From Camelus ferus (taxonomy: Eukaryota): a stretch of 64,000 bases of DNA. Position 1 is the first letter of the stretch, and every line of letters begins with the position of its first letter. Location: assembly GCF_009834535.1 (NCBI RefSeq), contig NC_045705.1, positions 63,674,001 to 63,738,000 of the forward strand, given 5' to 3'. This document shows, piece after piece, positions 60,128 through 64,000 of the stretch. Under the pieces are notes generated by a model. That model was not told the origin of the DNA and did not search any database. It was given only the letters and a program-made list of their open reading frames with translations. The position numbers were made by a program, and so were the translations under genes.

Positions 60128-61663
60128 ATGGCGCCGGTGCTGCCCGTGGTGCTGCCCCTCCAGCCCCGCATCCGTCTGGCACAGGGGCTCTGGCTCCTCT
60201 CCTGGCTGCTGGCACTGGTCGGTGGCCTCACCCTCTTCTGTAGCGGGCACCTCCTGGTCCAGCTGCGGCACCTTGGCACATTCTTGGCTCCCTCCTGCCC
60301 GTTCGCTACCCTGCCCCAGGTTGCCCTGGCAGCCAGTGCAGTGGCTCTGGGCACAGGACTGGTGGGTTCAGGAGCCAGCAGGGCCAGTCTAGATGCAGCT
60401 CAGTACCCTCCCTGGCGTGGGGTCCTGGGCCCGCTGCTGGTGTCTGGCACAGCTGGTGGCGGGGGTCTCCTGGTCCTTGCCCTAGGGCTAGCCCTGGTTT
60501 TACCTGGAACTCTGGACACAGGACTGGAGGAGGGCCTGGGTACTGCCTTGGCCCACTACAAGGACACAGAGGTGCCCGGACGCTGTCAAGCCAAACGGCT
60601 GTTGGATGAGCTGCAGATAAAGCACCAGTGCTGCGGGCGCCATGGATACAAGGATTGGTTTGGGATCCAGTGGGTCAGCAGCCGTTACCTGGACCCCAAT
60701 GACCAAGACGTGGTTGAGTGAGTGATTTGCTTCTCCCCTCTTCTTCCTCCTCCTCCTTCTCCTCCTTCTCCCTCAAAACCCCACCTCACCCGGATGGGCA
60801 ATAGAGTCAAGTGATTGAGAGAATGGGGTACCACTCAGCCATGTATTAGCTGTGTGACCCAAGGTGTGTTACTAAACTGCTCTGGGCCCATTTCCTCATC
60901 TGTAGGTTGGAGATGATAATAGAACCGATCTTCCAGAGTTGTGAAGATAAGTGAATTATGCAAGCCTAGTACATACTAAAGCAGTCAGTAAATGTCTCCT
61001 TATTTTTCCCTTTTGAACTCCTGTGCCCTGCAGCTCTTCCCCAAGGCGTCTCTCTCCAGACATCCTAACCCGCCCACCTCTCCCTTTGCAGCCGGATCCA
61101 GAGCAATGTGGAAGGCCTATATCTGATTGATGGGGTCCCTTTCTCCTGCTGCAACCCCCACTCACCCAGGCCTTGCCTGCAAAGCCAGCTCTCAGACCCC
61201 CACGCCCACCCTCTCTATGATCCCCGACAACCCAACCTAAACCTCTGGGCCCAAGGATGCCATGGGGTGCTCCTGGGGTACCTGCAGGGGCTGGCAAGCA
61301 CACTGGGCAACCTGCTGGCTGTTACCTTCCTGCTGCAGGTGAGTCAGCAAAGTGTCTGAGGCCTCCTCCTCAGGAGGCCTCTGACCCAGGGGCCCCTGGA
61401 ACTGCTGACCCTCACTGACCTTTTGCCCCTTGCTTTTCCCACAGGCTTTGGTGCTCCTGGGCCTGCGGTACCTCCAGACAGCACTGGAGGGCCTTGGAGG
61501 AGTTATGGATGGGGAGGGAGAGGCTCAGGGCTATCTCTTTCCCGGTGGGCTGAAAGACATGCTGAAAACAGTATGGCTACAGGGTGGGGTGGCCCACCGG
61601 CCAGCACCTGAGGAGGCCCCACTAGAAGAGGCACCTCCCAAGGAGGGTCCATCTGAGGTCTAG
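60128..61663 (+). CDS. ROM1: Rod outer segment membrane protein 1 (tetraspanin, peripherin/RDS family), 3 exons, 351 aa
   Basis: Exons 60128-60717, 61092-61338, 61445-61663; sum 1056 nt, GT-AG. Translation MAPVLPVVLPLQPRIRLAQGLWLLSWLL...CCGRHGYKDWF...DGVPFSCCNPHSPRPC...PPKEGPSEV*. Confidence 0.98.
60805..60995 (+). mobile_element. MIR in ROM1 intron 1
   Basis: TTAGCTGTGTGACCCAAGG...CATTTCCTCATCTGTAGGTTGGAGATGATAATAG. Confidence 0.8.
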
Positions 61664-61953
61664 TGGCCTGGAGGTTGGGGTGGGGATGAGGGGTGGGGGG
61701 AAGGGGAGGGATGGACAATTCTGGAAACCTCACACCTCCCTACCAGGCTCCAGGTTAGGGAGGGGGGAATCTCTGGGATTAGAAGGGTTAAGGATAGTCA
61801 CTGAGCCAGACTTGGGTAGGGGAGAAAACAAGGTATCCTAGGGCCTAATACATGGGCAAAACCACCAGGGAACAGAAAAAACAAAAACCAAAAAACAGGG
61901 TGGTAAGAAAGTAATATGGGACGGACTGGAGACTGCTTCTGGTGCACAGACTT

Positions 61954-61959
61954 AATAAA
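61954..61959 (+). terminator. ROM1: ROM1 poly(A) signal AATAAA
   Basis: AATAAA about 290 nt after the TAG stop. Confidence 0.75.
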
Positions 61960-62132
61960 GCTTTTGGACTGAAGCCACTGACCTTTCTCTTCAAGGGGGT
62001 GGGGGCTCCTGAGAGAACCGATGCCTGTCTGTTAGGGGAGCCAGGACTCTGGGGTTTTGACTCTGGTAAGGATCAAATGCAAGCAGCAGATGTGGGAAGT
62101 GAAGGAAAACAGGAACCTCCAGGTTGAGAGTT

Positions 62133-62138
62133 TTTATT
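62133..62138 (-). terminator. B3GAT3: B3GAT3 poly(A) signal AATAAA
   Basis: TTTATT on the plus strand about 390 nt after the stop. Confidence 0.7.
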
Positions 62139-62524
62139 CTGGAGGTAGCAAGGGGGGGGGTCTGCATGCTCAGGTGGGGAGGGTCCAGTCCAGCTCCTCC
62201 AGCCCCCCAGTGCATGCCCAGCCCCAATAAGTTACCCAGTTACTCAGCCACCCTCCCCCCTGAGTCTGTCTGTCCTTCTGCTCCACCTCAGACAGAGCCC
62301 ATCTGGCTCAATACAAGGACTACTTGTCCCTAGCCTGTGGGCAGTGCCACCTGGCAGGCTGGGGGAGGGGAGAAGCAGCTGGGCCACGCCCTAGGGCTGA
62401 AGGGGCAGAGGAGCCACCCCTGGCTCTGAGGGACTGAGACTGGGAAAACCACATCCTGGGCAGGCCAGGGGCCCAGTCCCACAGGTCTGTGCCTGATGAG
62501 GTGGTGGGCAGGGGAGGACCACCG

Positions 62525-63883
<1,359 letters not shown>

Positions 63884-64000
63884 TTAATTGCCCACTCCAG
63901 CAGGTACATATAGCTTCTCCTGGGTCACTCCGAGCACCCCCCATGACCTTTCCCTCACCACTACCCAAACTTCCTTTCATGCTGTCAGTTTCACTCTGAC

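Overview
Mammalian genomic DNA syntenic to human 11q12.3, most likely a camelid (inferred from five tRNA-Ala(AGC)-derived Vic-1-like SINEs). From left to right: AHNAK intron 1, its non-coding exon 1 and CpG promoter (minus); a ~9 kb intergenic stretch rich in enhancer motifs with an orphan CpG island; four complete co-directional minus-strand genes, EEF1G (10 exons, 437 aa), TUT1/Star-PAP (9 exons, 874 aa), MTA2 (18 exons, ~666 aa) and EML3 (22 exons, ~895 aa); ROM1 on the plus strand (3 exons, 351 aa), head-to-head with EML3; and the last three exons of B3GAT3 (minus), tail-to-tail with ROM1. Exon boundaries were read by hand and give continuous reading frames. Comparisons to human proteins and exon sizes are from memory, not a database search. 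Ten N-runs (129-198 nt) fall only in coding exons or L1 ORF2 and, where checkable, preserve the expected length, so they look like masking rather than assembly gaps. I found no CRISPR array, no real tRNA/rRNA gene and no convincingly new biological system. The best leads are: a candidate in-frame 111-nt cassette exon in EEF1G intron 4, a U12-type intron in EML3, an orphan TATA/AP-1 promoter-enhancer upstream of AHNAK, a strong-context out-of-frame uATG in ROM1, phase-compatible read-through fusions along the tandem gene array, a palindromic bidirectional poly(A) signal and a three-layer retroelement nest in TUT1 intron 2.
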